DNA of 64,000 nt from a virus (Duplodnaviria; Caudoviricetes). The stretch is from positions 14,764-78,763 of IMG/VR virus record IMGVR_UViG_3300033518_000398; one strand, given 5' to 3'. Of the stretch, positions 30,176 through 39,319 are shown in pieces. Below the pieces are notes generated by a model. The model saw nothing but the letters and a program-made list of their open reading frames with translations. It made no database searches and was not told where the DNA came from. Within the stretch, counting starts at the first letter, position 1. Each line of letters starts with the position of its first letter. The translations under genes and the position numbers were made by a program.

Positions 30176-30540
30176 GGGGGCGACTTGGATTTGATTAGAT
30201 GTCAGATTGGTAAAGTAAGCAAGTCTTAGTTGAATCAGACTAAGTAAAAAAGGTTCAAAGCAGAAATGCAAACAATTTTTCAGAGGACATGATGTCCTTC
30301 TCAACTTCTGTAACAAGAGGTATCACCGTTTTCGAGAGTGCTGAACTCGAAATGGCTGCTTGAGAACAATAAACGGCAAAAACTTCTGGTGAAGTAAGTT
30401 ATGAATAAGTTAGTAACGAATCCCGAAGCGAAACTAATATTAAACTGTTATATTTTGCTGATTTAGAAAAATCGGATAAACTTGTAGAAAACCTATTAAT
30501 CACATTTAAGACGAGGGTTCGAATCCCTCCGCTTCCACCA
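30176..30540 (+). ncRNA. ssrA: tmRNA
   Basis: Acceptor GGGGGCG/CGCTTCC-A-CCA with G3:U; T arm GAGGG-TTCGAAT-CCCTC; tag ORF 30268-30363 ending MAA-stop. Confidence 0.9.
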
Positions 30541-30562
30541 ATTTATTTAAAATCAATTAGTT

Positions 30563-30991
30563 ATGAATTCGAAGTTTGAAGAAATGAGTAAGAAATTGCA
30601 AGAATTTCTTGACTCAGCAGAAGGTGATGAATATTTTGAAAAACTGGATAGAAAGAATAAAATTCAGGAAGGTCGTTATAGACGTTTCGAAAAATATCTT
30701 GAAACCCATGACTTTGATAAACTAATTTATCGTTTAATTCTGGAACACGGTGAACAATGGCGTGAAAAATGTTATCATAATGGCTGTGAGGTTTATCCAA
30801 ACAATAAACTACAATTTATCATTGACTACGTTTTTGAAACCTTTGAACCAATTAGTGTATCTCAAATCGAAACTATGTTTAATACCGACATCAGGTTCTT
30901 TAGAGGATATTTTTTCAGAATAATGCATGGACAGGGTTCTGTTTTTGATTTGTATAATGGTGACGATTTTAGGCATTTATTAAGTGCTTGA
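30563..30991 (+). CDS. Hypothetical protein
   Basis: 142 aa ORF. Confidence 0.7.
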   Translation: MNSKFEEMSKKLQEFLDSAEGDEYFEKLDRKNKIQEGRYRRFEKYLETHDFDKLIYRLILEHGEQWREKCYHNGCEVYPNNKLQFIIDYVFETFEPISVSQIETMFNTDIRFFRGYFFRIMHGQGSVFDLYNGDDFRHLLSA

Positions 30992-30994
30992 TTT

Positions 30995-31024
30995 GGCGGG
31001 ATGGTGAAACTGGTAGACACGCTG
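30995..31024 (+). pseudogene. 5' fragment of a Leu-type tRNA
   Basis: GGCGGGA-TG-GTGAAACTGGTAGACAC-GCTG, truncated before the anticodon loop. Confidence 0.6.
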
Positions 31025-31068
31025 TAATCTTTTTCCTGAGTGTGTAGTATTTATGAAAAATAAATATT

Positions 31069-31535
31069 ATGCCGAAACAGATTAAAAGTAGAATTAATGA
31101 TGAATATTTTATCTCAGTATGTAAATCATCAAAGACTATGGCGCAAGCAGCAGCCACATTAAAGATACATTTCAATAGTTTTAGAAGACGTGCAATTATT
31201 TTAGAATGTTATAAAACAAATCAAAGTGGAAAGGGAACGAGGAAAAGACCTTCGAAACTAATACCAATAGAAGATATAATATTTGAAAATAAACACCCTG
31301 AATATCAGACATTTAAATTAAAAAAAAATTAATTAAGGAAGGATATAAAAAAAATGAATGTGAAGAATGTGGACAAAAAGAAGTGTGGAACAATAATAAA
31401 CTTGAAATGGAATTAGACCATATTGATGGCAATAGAACAAATCATTTGTTGACGAATTTAAAAATGTTATGTCCTAATTGTCATAGTCAAACAAAAACAT
31501 TTTGTGGTAAAAATAAAAATGGGGATGTGTTGTAA
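31069..31535 (+). CDS. HNH homing endonuclease split by a -1 frameshift in an A9 tract
   Basis: Frame 1 ends FKLKKN* at 31332; -1 frame gives KLIKEG...CEECG...ELDHIDGNRTN...LCPNCHSQT and ends at TAA 31533-31535. Confidence 0.8.
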
Positions 31536-31606
31536 CTGGTAGCCAAGACGGACTTAAAATTCGTTGTTCAGAAATGAACGTGTGGGTTCGACTCCCACCA
31601 TCCCTA
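31521..31606 (+). tRNA. tRNA-Leu(UAA)
   Basis: ACGGA-CTTAAAA-TTCGT; long variable arm; A73. Confidence 0.9.
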
Positions 31607-31645
31607 CAAACACTATCGCTCTTTGACATATAGGAGAATTTTATA

Positions 31646-31957
31646 ATGGATATACAATCATTTATTTTAGGAATGTGTGCTGTATTGGTAATTGCGTTAG
31701 TGATTGGCAGTGTAGTTGCACTTATTAGGGTGATAAAATTGAAAAAACTTGTCGAATTATCAACAAGTACTGCCTTAAGACTCATAGAAGATGCTGGAAA
31801 TGAAACCATAACTATGATTAATCAATTACGCACTGAAATTGATGGTGTACATAGAGAAATCAATGAAGTGCGTAGAGAAATGGATTCGAGATACGATAAA
31901 TTAAAATCAACGTTTTCTAAGGAAATTGAAAACGCAGTGAAACATAAAAATAATTAA
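31646..31957 (+). CDS. Membrane-anchored coiled-coil protein
   Basis: N-terminal TM plus heptad region. Confidence 0.7.
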   Translation: MDIQSFILGMCAVLVIALVIGSVVALIRVIKLKKLVELSTSTALRLIEDAGNETITMINQLRTEIDGVHREINEVRREMDSRYDKLKSTFSKEIENAVKHKNN

Positions 31958-32001
31958 TATTAAAAGTTGTCAAGGTCGGTAGTGTTTTTTAAATAAAATG
32001 T

Positions 32002-32268
32002 ATGAAAGAAATTAAAGCAGCAATACGCAAAGAACTTCGTAAAGAATGTCGAGAAGAAGCACTAAAAATTCTTATACTCGGTGATGATAAAGACCGTGAG
32101 GATTTTCTTAAATATCATAATGAGGATAAGGGTAATATTTGTTGTTTGGTTCTGGATTATGCTAAGAAAAAATTAATTGAAGCCAATAAGTGGGAATTTA
32201 ATGCTGAAGACTGTTTTAATGACCCATTCAAACATTTTGAAGACGATGATACCATACGGGAAGAATAA
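32002..32268 (+). CDS. Hypothetical protein
   Basis: 88 aa ORF. Confidence 0.6.
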   Translation: MKEIKAAIRKELRKECREEALKILILGDDKDREDFLKYHNEDKGNICCLVLDYAKKKLIEANKWEFNAEDCFNDPFKHFEDDDTIREE

Positions 32269-32425
32269 AAAATTACATAAAAATTACACCGATTGTCATC
32301 CTAAAAAATTAGGAAAAGGTTGGGTGAATTGGTGGGAAGCAGAACTTGGTGGAATTGATAAGGGTAGTGAACGTCAAGAAGCTAAGAAAGAAATTAGAAA
32401 AGAACTCGATGAAAAAGTTAACTAA
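32246..32425 (+). CDS. Small basic hypothetical protein
   Basis: MIPYGKNKK...NWWEAE...ERQEAKKEI. Confidence 0.55.
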   Translation: MIPYGKNKKLHKNYTDCHPKKLGKGWVNWWEAELGGIDKGSERQEAKKEIRKELDEKVN

Positions 32426-32518
32426 AAACGATGATTGTGGGTGCGGTAGACCACTTAAAATAACTGACCCAAGAAGAAAAAAGGCTGGTATAAAAAAAAC
32501 CACACCTAAAAGAAATAC

Positions 32519-32592
32519 CCCCAGATGATGTAACTGGCAAACGTGTTCGGCTCAAACCCGAAATTTTGTGGGTTCGAATCCCACTCTGGGGA
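32519..32592 (+). tRNA. tRNA with CAA anticodon (Leu) lacking a long variable arm
   Basis: TTCGG-CTCAAAC-CCGAA; variable loop ATTTT; acceptor CCCCAGA/TCTGGGG; A73. Confidence 0.8.
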
Positions 32593-32670
32593 CATATGGC
32601 TCAACTAATATAGGTTTATGGCTCAATTTTGAGCTATTTTGAGCTACAAAGAGTATTTATATTTGTGAAC

Positions 32671-32838
32671 ATGAAAGAAAAACTATTAAAAAAAAGAAAC
32701 GAATTATTACAACGACTTGCAGATTTTATATACGAAAGACTGAATGCATCTAAAACTGAACAAGAGTTTAGTTTTTGGATGTGGCAGGGTTTAAGTCTGA
32801 ATTATTGGTGTGTTGAACGTAAAATTTGGCTTAACTAA
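32671..32838 (+). CDS. Small hypothetical protein
   Basis: GAGTATTTAT motif upstream. Confidence 0.55.
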   Translation: MKEKLLKKRNELLQRLADFIYERLNASKTEQEFSFWMWQGLSLNYWCVERKIWLN

Positions 32839-32840
32839 TT

Positions 32841-33020
32841 ATGGTTAATAGAGAACGTGTAAAACAAATGTTAAGTCACTATAAAAAAAGACTAAAGAAA
32901 TATGGTCTTAAAGAAAGTGACGGAAAAATGTATGCTTTCAGAACAACTGGAAGTCCTTGTAGTTGTCCAGCATGTAGTGGTAATAAATATAGTAGAAAAC
33001 AAAAACATAAAAAGCTATGA
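32841..33020 (+). CDS. Small basic protein with PCSCxxC motif
   Basis: Hand-translated 59 aa. Confidence 0.55.
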   Translation: MVNRERVKQMLSHYKKRLKKYGLKESDGKMYAFRTTGSPCSCPACSGNKYSRKQKHKKL

Positions 33021-33069
33021 AAGAAAAATTTAAAGTCTTGTAAATTGCTCTAATGCAATTTCAAGACAG

Positions 33070-33363
33070 ATGACAAATAAAAAAATTGTAGACAAAACCA
33101 CCAATCGTGGGGAATTCAATCGTGCGTATAAAAGGCATCTTGAAAGCAAAGGTAAAATCCGTTGTACTTATTGTCGTTATCATCGTAATGAAAATGGTAA
33201 AGGCAGAGGATATTATGGTGGATATGATGATGACAACATCAAATACCCAAACTGGAAATTGGTTTCAAAACAACCAAAACAATGGATGAAAAAACCAATG
33301 AAAATCGTTGAACAACCTACACGTTGGTATGGTAGTCAAATTTATATCGACATCAAATGGTGA
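33070..33363 (+). CDS. Basic hypothetical protein with CxxC
   Basis: 97 aa ORF. Confidence 0.65.
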   Translation: MTNKKIVDKTTNRGEFNRAYKRHLESKGKIRCTYCRYHRNENGKGRGYYGGYDDDNIKYPNWKLVSKQPKQWMKKPMKIVEQPTRWYGSQIYIDIKW

Positions 33364-33374
33364 TGTCGATAAAT

Positions 33375-33447
33375 GGCGGGGTAGCTTAGTTGGTAAAGCA
33401 CTTGAGTCATAACCAAGAGACCGAGGGTTCGAGTCCCTCTCCCGCTA
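33375..33447 (+). tRNA. tRNA with CAU anticodon (elongator Met, or Ile2)
   Basis: Anticodon CAT; acceptor GGCGGGG/TCCCGCT; A73. Confidence 0.8.
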
Positions 33448-33454
33448 CAAACAA

Positions 33455-33480
33455 AAAACCTATCGAATTCGATAGGTTTT
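33455..33480. terminator. Bidirectional terminator
   Basis: AAAACCTATCGAATTCGATAGGTTTT palindrome. Confidence 0.8.
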
Positions 33481-33494
33481 GATTTCCAATATGT

Positions 33495-33713
33495 TTATTT
33501 TTTCATGAATAATTTCCATCCAGCATATCCAATGGATGTAAATATCCACAGTCCAAGTAATACTTCAGCTAATACAACACCGTCTTTTTCATAGACGTTA
33601 TTATATGCTAATATTATTACAAGATAATTTACAATAATCATCCAATTTTTCTTTAACCAAGGCAATGCTTTTTGCATAAACCATGTTTTAATCTTTTCCC
33701 AAAGTTTTTTCAT
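33495..33713 (-). CDS. Small membrane protein
   Basis: Two hydrophobic segments. Confidence 0.65.
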   Translation of the reverse strand: MKKLWEKIKTWFMQKALPWLKKNWMIIVNYLVIILAYNNVYEKDGVVLAEVLLGLWIFTSIGYAGWKLFMKK

Positions 33714-33725
33714 TTTATTTCTATT

Positions 33726-34565
33726 TTAAATTATAATTATTTCTTCCCAATTTCCAGCATCATTTTCTGTTTCTGAAATTCCCTTTTCACCACCCAATTG
33801 AAATTCTCTTTTATCGATTACCGTGTCTTGAAGAAGTTGATTAAGTAGTTCATCAGAAAGCGGTGCATATGCTATACCATTGGCATATGACTTGCCCATT
33901 CTATATTTAAGTAATTCTCCATTTTTAGATTCGACAGCAGTTATTTTAACACTACGATATTTTCCACGACTCACAAGATTGTTAAATATTCTATATATAT
34001 TATGACTATCTCTTTGAAATACAGTTGGTGTAGTCACAGATAAAAATTTTTTGTTGTCAATTTCTAAAATAATTGCAATCAATATTTTATTATTTCTTAC
34101 TGTGTCTGATACACCGAGTTGTTCTTCACTACTCTTCGTAATTTTATAACCTAAACCCATACCGTTAATTCTATTGGCTTCCCTAAAAAAATTAGAATCA
34201 TGTGGGTCATAGACGTTATGTTCTCCAGTACTTAATAATTTTATATGAATCATTTCGTGTGCCAAAGTGTTTTTAAAAACCATATATGGCATAGCGTAAA
34301 AACCTGAAATTGCAAGATATTGTATTTTACTCTCATGGGTTAATCTATTAATATGTGCACTAACATGACCTAAATTACTTTTTCGATTGCTCCAACGCAT
34401 TGAAACTCTGGGTAATTGGTTGTTAAATAGTTCACTATTTAATTTAGAATATTCATTATATAAATCGATTTTTGACTTATTGATAACATCATTGTCCTGA
34501 TATTCAATTTCATTTAGAAACCTATCAAGTTCTTCTTTGACTATGGATTTTAAACTTTGACTCAT
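33726..34565 (-). CDS. SprT-like zinc metalloprotease
   Basis: NTLAHEMIH (HExxH)...PHDSNF; N-terminus IVKEELDRFLNE. Confidence 0.8.
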   Translation of the reverse strand: MSQSLKSIVKEELDRFLNEIEYQDNDVINKSKIDLYNEYSKLNSELFNNQLPRVSMRWSNRKSNLGHVSAHINRLTHESKIQYLAISGFYAMPYMVFKNTLAHEMIHIKLLSTGEHNVYDPHDSNFFREANRINGMGLGYKITKSSEEQLGVSDTVRNNKILIAIILEIDNKKFLSVTTPTVFQRDSHNIYRIFNNLVSRGKYRSVKITAVESKNGELLKYRMGKSYANGIAYAPLSDELLNQLLQDTVIDKREFQLGGEKGISETENDAGNWEEIIII

Positions 34566-35056
34566 TGTTCTACACTATTAAATTTGACAGTACAAAGGTT
34601 AGCACTAAAATCGAATAATATTTCTTCTACAAATAAACTTCCACCAACTTTCATCATAGTGTCCTCATCTACTTCAAATTTCCATTGATTGTCACCAATG
34701 TTTTTATCTGTAGTCTGAACTACTTCATCTGATTGTTTATCATGCATTTCAATTCTATATTGTCCCTCAACCTTTTCAATATTAATGAAAAAGTTTTTAA
34801 TACCATAGCTATTTGCTTCAAAACCAATTTTCCATGTTACATATAGATAAGCGTCAATTATATCAACATCATAATCACTGGAAAATGTACTATAGTTTTG
34901 AAATATGATTTGCATTTCAGTTGTACCGTTAACATTATTATACATTTTGAGTTCATTGGTAAACCTGAAATTGTCTTCATTCCCAACAACATCTTCGTTT
35001 AAAAATTTTTGATATTCTTCGTTAATGATTTTTGAAATAATATTCTGAGTATTCAT
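34562..35056 (-). CDS. Protein with IINEE-type N-terminus
   Basis: MNTQNIISKIINEEYQKFLNE. Confidence 0.7.
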   Translation of the reverse strand: MNTQNIISKIINEEYQKFLNEDVVGNEDNFRFTNELKMYNNVNGTTEMQIIFQNYSTFSSDYDVDIIDAYLYVTWKIGFEANSYGIKNFFINIEKVEGQYRIEMHDKQSDEVVQTTDKNIGDNQWKFEVDEDTMMKVGGSLFVEEILFDFSANLCTVKFNSVEQ

Positions 35057-35130
35057 TAATTAATATTTTTTATAAATACTATTAAAAATTTTAAAATTGT
35101 ACATGTAAATCGTGTGCATCTAAAATTAGA

Positions 35131-35841
35131 ATGAGTAATCCCGAAGCAAGAAAAAACATTTCAAATAAATTGTTAGGTGAGAAGAATCATTTTTATAATA
35201 AAAAACATTCCGAAAATTCTAAAAATAAGATTAGAAACAAATGTGTTATTTTGTTTTCAGGCAATAAAAACCCCATGTATGGGAAAACTGTCTACAGCAT
35301 ATGGGTTAAAAAATATGGAATTGATGTTGCCAACGAAAAATTACTTTCATATAAGAATAAATTATCAAAAAGATTTAGTGGAACAAACAATCCAATGTAT
35401 GGTAAATTATCTCCACAAGGTTCTGGCAATGGATGGTCGGGTTGGTATAATGGATGGTTTTTTAGAAGTCTAATGGAATTAACTTATATGATAAAATTTA
35501 TTGAAAAAAATAATTGGATTTGGGAATCTGGTGAGACAGAGAGATATAATATAAAATATTTGGATTATCGAGGTAATGAAAGAACATATCACCCAGATTT
35601 TATCATTAATAATAAAATTATGGTTGAAATAAAACCAATAAAATTATGGAATTCAGATGGTGTTCAAAGAAAAAAAAATGCTGCAGAGTTATATTGTGTA
35701 AAGCACGGAATGATATATGAATTAATTAATATTGATGAAATTATTGATATTAATGAATTAATTAATAAAAAATTACTTACATTTACAAAAAAATATTCAG
35801 AAAAATTTAAATTACTGATTGAAAAACAAAATCAATATTAA
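35131..35841 (+). CDS. Homing endonuclease, NUMOD3 plus TnsA-like PD-(D/E)xK domain (possibly 5' truncated)
   Basis: NHFYNKKHSE, NPMYGK repeats; YHPDFII...MVEIKP. Confidence 0.8.
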   Translation: MSNPEARKNISNKLLGEKNHFYNKKHSENSKNKIRNKCVILFSGNKNPMYGKTVYSIWVKKYGIDVANEKLLSYKNKLSKRFSGTNNPMYGKLSPQGSGNGWSGWYNGWFFRSLMELTYMIKFIEKNNWIWESGETERYNIKYLDYRGNERTYHPDFIINNKIMVEIKPIKLWNSDGVQRKKNAAELYCVKHGMIYELINIDEIIDINELINKKLLTFTKKYSEKFKLLIEKQNQY

Positions 35842-35851
35842 CTGTAACATT

Positions 35852-36151
35852 ATGCCTGATTATTCTTACAAATTATTCAGACAATTAAAGTCTGGTGAAA
35901 TTACATCCTTATTTATTAATAAAAAGGAACGATTACAAAAAGGTGTTTGGATGGAAGCACAAGAATTTCCAACAAAAGGATTTAAATTTAGACCATTTTG
36001 GCATTGCACTGAAAAACCCGAAGCACCACACTTAAGCGAGAAAAACCGAGTGTGGTTAAAGGTAGAGATGGAAGATTTTGAAATCTTTGAAAGACCAGAG
36101 CATCAGGGTGGTAAATGGTTTTTGGCAAAACGAATTAAAATCGTAGAATGA
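35852..36151 (+). CDS. Hypothetical protein
   Basis: ORF with FRPFWHC motif. Confidence 0.65.
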   Translation: MPDYSYKLFRQLKSGEITSLFINKKERLQKGVWMEAQEFPTKGFKFRPFWHCTEKPEAPHLSEKNRVWLKVEMEDFEIFERPEHQGGKWFLAKRIKIVE

Positions 36152-36331
36152 TAAAATATTGTAAATTTATTGATTTTAAAAAAATAAATACTCAAATAGA
36201 AAGCATCAAATATACACTAAATTAAATGCTGAAATTATTAAAATGGTTGATGATGGATTTTCTCCAAAAGAAATTAGTGAATCATTAAAGATTAAGAGAA
36301 TGACTATATATAATTTAAAACGCAATAAAAA

Positions 36332-37420
36332 ATGGAAGAAATACTTATTAAAGTTGACTGGAAAGTATTACAAAATTATATTGATAATAATTTAATTATT
36401 GCTAATAAACATCCAGAATATAATCTTTGGATACTTAATTATAGCTCTAAAACACAATCAAAAAATTTTTGGGATTTATATACAATATCATGTAGAGGAT
36501 TGATTGTTGATGAAAATGGCGTTGTTGTTGGTAGATGTATGAGAAAATTTAAGAACTATGAACAGCATGACCCATCAGAAATTGATATGTCGAAGAAATT
36601 CGAAATTTTTGAAAAGATGGACGGCTCATTAATTATCTTATTTTATTATGAACCACGTATGAGGTGGATTGTAGCTTCAAGAGGTTCATTTATCTCAGAA
36701 CAGTCACTCCATGCTGAGAAGATGATTGATGCAAACGTGTATAAGTATTTAAACACAAAGTCAACATATTTGTTTGAAGTAATTTATCCTGAAAATCGTA
36801 TAGTTGTTGATTATGGTGATAGAAATGAACTTGTATTGCTTGGAAATATAATCACAGCAACTGGTGAAGAATTACCATACGATAAGTTGGTTAGTATATA
36901 TTCTAAGTTTTTTACTGTTGTCGAAAGGTTTGAAATTGAAAACATAAACTTTTTAAAGAAATTGAAGGAACTTGAAGAAGATAATAAAGAGGGTTTTGTT
37001 GTACGTTTCGAAAATGGTTTCAGAGTAAAAGTTAAGTTCGAAGAATATATCAGATTACACGGTATTTTAACAAATGTATCAAACTTAACTGTTTGGGAAC
37101 ACTTGAAGAATAACTATAATTTTGATGAACTTCTCGACAGAGTTCCAGACGAATTTTATGACTGGTTAATGAGAACAGTAAAAACATTACAGTCAGAATA
37201 TAATGAAATCGAAAGAGTGGCATTATTAGAATTCGTGAAAATATATCACATTAATGGAATTACTGACCGTAAAGATTTTGCAACAGAAGTAATAAAAACT
37301 GAACATAGTTCAATATTGTTTAAATTGTATGATAAAAGGTCATATGGTGAAATTATCTGGAAGCAAATCAGACCTGTATACAGCAAGCCATTTAAGGATG
37401 GCTTCGAGTATATTGCATAA
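36332..37420 (+). CDS. RNA ligase (T4 Rnl1-like)
   Basis: CRGLI, KFKNY, EKMDGS (adenylation motif I), LFEVI, EGFVV, KVK. Confidence 0.9.
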   Translation: MEEILIKVDWKVLQNYIDNNLIIANKHPEYNLWILNYSSKTQSKNFWDLYTISCRGLIVDENGVVVGRCMRKFKNYEQHDPSEIDMSKKFEIFEKMDGSLIILFYYEPRMRWIVASRGSFISEQSLHAEKMIDANVYKYLNTKSTYLFEVIYPENRIVVDYGDRNELVLLGNIITATGEELPYDKLVSIYSKFFTVVERFEIENINFLKKLKELEEDNKEGFVVRFENGFRVKVKFEEYIRLHGILTNVSNLTVWEHLKNNYNFDELLDRVPDEFYDWLMRTVKTLQSEYNEIERVALLEFVKIYHINGITDRKDFATEVIKTEHSSILFKLYDKRSYGEIIWKQIRPVYSKPFKDGFEYIA

Positions 37421-37421
37421 T

Positions 37422-37453
37422 AAAAAATGGCTATGAATTTCATAGCCATTTTT
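37422..37453. terminator. Bidirectional terminator
   Basis: AAAAAATGGCTATG-AATTT-CATAGCCATTTTT. Confidence 0.8.
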
Positions 37454-37461
37454 ATTTTAAA

Positions 37462-38043
37462 TTATCTGCTAAATCGACTCGCTTGTTCGCCTTCTCCCAA
37501 ATATTGAAATTTAAAGTTTGGGTTAACTAAGAACGCTCCACCTGCTGCAATACCTGCAATACGTTCTTCTAACATAGGAATAACTGGTGGTGCAAATCCA
37601 GATGCTGGGGAAAGATGCTGTGCAACTTCTTCATAAGGTACTATTTTCCAATCCAATGTATATATGGTATGAAATGTTTTATCTTCAACAGGAACTATGG
37701 GAAAATAAAGTCCGTTCGGTCCTTCCTGCATGATTTTCACACCTTCAACTGGTTTATATTCAGTAGTACCACCAACAAATTGATAATCTGGGTCTTTACG
37801 CCTCATTGATTCTGCATATGTTTCTGCCCATCTAAATTTATATGGTTTGTGTTTAAAAACTCTACCAAAATATGGATTTGGATTTTTTCTGTCGCCAGCA
37901 ACTGTTTTTGGTGCTTTAGCTGGATATGTGTAATACACCCATCCCCAAGTATATTTTTGTGGGTCTCTACCCATAAATTCAAGAAAGTCTTCAATTGTTG
38001 TAATATCACGACCTTCACTAAGTTCAAACATAAAATTTCCCAT
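37462..38043 (-). CDS. Hypothetical protein
   Basis: 193 aa; late motif upstream. Confidence 0.7.
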   Translation of the reverse strand: MGNFMFELSEGRDITTIEDFLEFMGRDPQKYTWGWVYYTYPAKAPKTVAGDRKNPNPYFGRVFKHKPYKFRWAETYAESMRRKDPDYQFVGGTTEYKPVEGVKIMQEGPNGLYFPIVPVEDKTFHTIYTLDWKIVPYEEVAQHLSPASGFAPPVIPMLEERIAGIAAGGAFLVNPNFKFQYLGEGEQASRFSR

Positions 38044-38141
38044 GTTCTATATTTTCTAATTAATCGCTATTTTTTCATAAATACTTGAAACATTTCAAAA
38101 ATAATCCTGCTGTTTTTTGTATTTATAATAAACAGAAAATT

Positions 38142-38954
38142 ATGAAAAAATGGAAATTATTTAATTGGTTCATAAAACCAAAAAAAGGAGAGGCACGAAT
38201 CAAGTTTGGTTGGAAAAGAGATTTACCTGACCATAGAGATTTTAAATTTAAAATAACAATACCAGTTGAATTACCAACTAAAGTAGATATGAGGGATTTA
38301 TGTCCACAAGTTTATAATCAGGGTCAACTTGGAAGCTGTACCGCAAATGCATTAGGTGCTGCGTTTCAGTTTGAACAAATGAAACAAAATAAACCAAATT
38401 GGATTCCTTCAAGACTTTTCATTTATTATAATGAAAGAGCAATGGAGGGTAACATTAATGAAGACTCTGGTGCAATGATTCGTACTGGTATTAAGACAAT
38501 GGTAAAAGATGGTGTTTGTCCTGAAACCATGTGGAAATATATTGAACATAAGTTTAAAGTGAAACCAAATTCATTATGTTATGATGAGGCATTAAATAGT
38601 CAGATATTGGAATATCAGAGAATCACACCACATACATTATACGAAGTGAAATATGCGTTGACTCAAGGTCATCCAGTTGTATTTGGTTTCATGATTTATG
38701 AATCCATGATGACTGATGATGTTACCAGAACAGGACATGTACCAGTTCCAAGGTCAAATGAAAAACCAATTGGTGGACATGCAGTAATGGCAGTTGGTTA
38801 TGATGACAGCAAAGAATGTCTTATCGTTCGTAATAGTTGGGGTACTAATTGGGGTATTAATGGTTATTTTTATTTACCATATTGGTATGTTTCAACACCC
38901 AATGCATCAGCCGATTACTGGACAATTAAATTGGTTGAATCAGAGAATAAATAA
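38142..38954 (+). CDS. Papain-like (C1A) cysteine protease
   Basis: QGQLGSC, GHAVMAVGY and IVRNSWG catalytic motifs. Confidence 0.9.
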   Translation: MKKWKLFNWFIKPKKGEARIKFGWKRDLPDHRDFKFKITIPVELPTKVDMRDLCPQVYNQGQLGSCTANALGAAFQFEQMKQNKPNWIPSRLFIYYNERAMEGNINEDSGAMIRTGIKTMVKDGVCPETMWKYIEHKFKVKPNSLCYDEALNSQILEYQRITPHTLYEVKYALTQGHPVVFGFMIYESMMTDDVTRTGHVPVPRSNEKPIGGHAVMAVGYDDSKECLIVRNSWGTNWGINGYFYLPYWYVSTPNASADYWTIKLVESENK

Positions 38955-39040
38955 AATAGTTTAAAAATAATTACACTTTTATTTGGAAATCTCGTATTTA
39001 TATCTTTACTTTGTATTCAGAATTTAAATATAAAAACGCA

Positions 39041-39130
39041 ATGAGAACATTTGGAACATATTATCTTTATAAATCTTATAAGAAAACTCTTATGAGAATC
39101 GGGATTTTTATGTCCAAAACGCAAAGATAA
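39041..39130 (+). CDS. Attenuator leader peptide 3: MRTFGTYYLYKSYKKTLMRIGIFMSKTQR
   Basis: 29 aa with YYLYKSYKK run; GAATCGGG 39096-39103 complementary to the terminator 5' arm. Confidence 0.8.
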   Translation: MRTFGTYYLYKSYKKTLMRIGIFMSKTQR

Positions 39131-39156
39131 GCAATGATATTTGTGTATTGAAACAG

Positions 39157-39185
39157 AAACCCGATTCGTAAGATTCGGGTTTTTT
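39157..39185 (+). terminator. Attenuator terminator 3
   Basis: AAACCCGATTC-GTAA-GATTCGGGTTTTTT. Confidence 0.85.
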
Positions 39186-39225
39186 GTTATATTATTCTTT
39201 GAAGATTTGAAAGCGAAATGAAATT

Positions 39226-39314
39226 GGGAGTACGGCAACGATGGTGGTGTTGCGCTAAACTGTAAATTTAGTCCCTTCGGGTAAACATTGGAGGTTCGAA
39301 TCCTTCTGCTCTCA
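39226..39314 (+). tRNA. tRNA-Tyr(GUA)
   Basis: CTAAA-CTGTAAA-TTTAG; long variable arm. Confidence 0.9.
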
Positions 39315-39319
39315 CAAAT

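Noticed and set aside
30995-31606. Group I intron or split tRNA joining the 5' stub to a downstream half
   Set aside because: The stub's acceptor strand (GGCGGGA) does not pair with the downstream tRNA-Leu or the 27462 remnant, and no intron core is recognisable.
32519-32592. Opal suppressor or Sec tRNA (TCA appears in the loop CTCAAAC)
   Set aside because: The 5-bp stem fixes the anticodon at loop positions 3-5 (CAA), and there is no Sec-type long arm.
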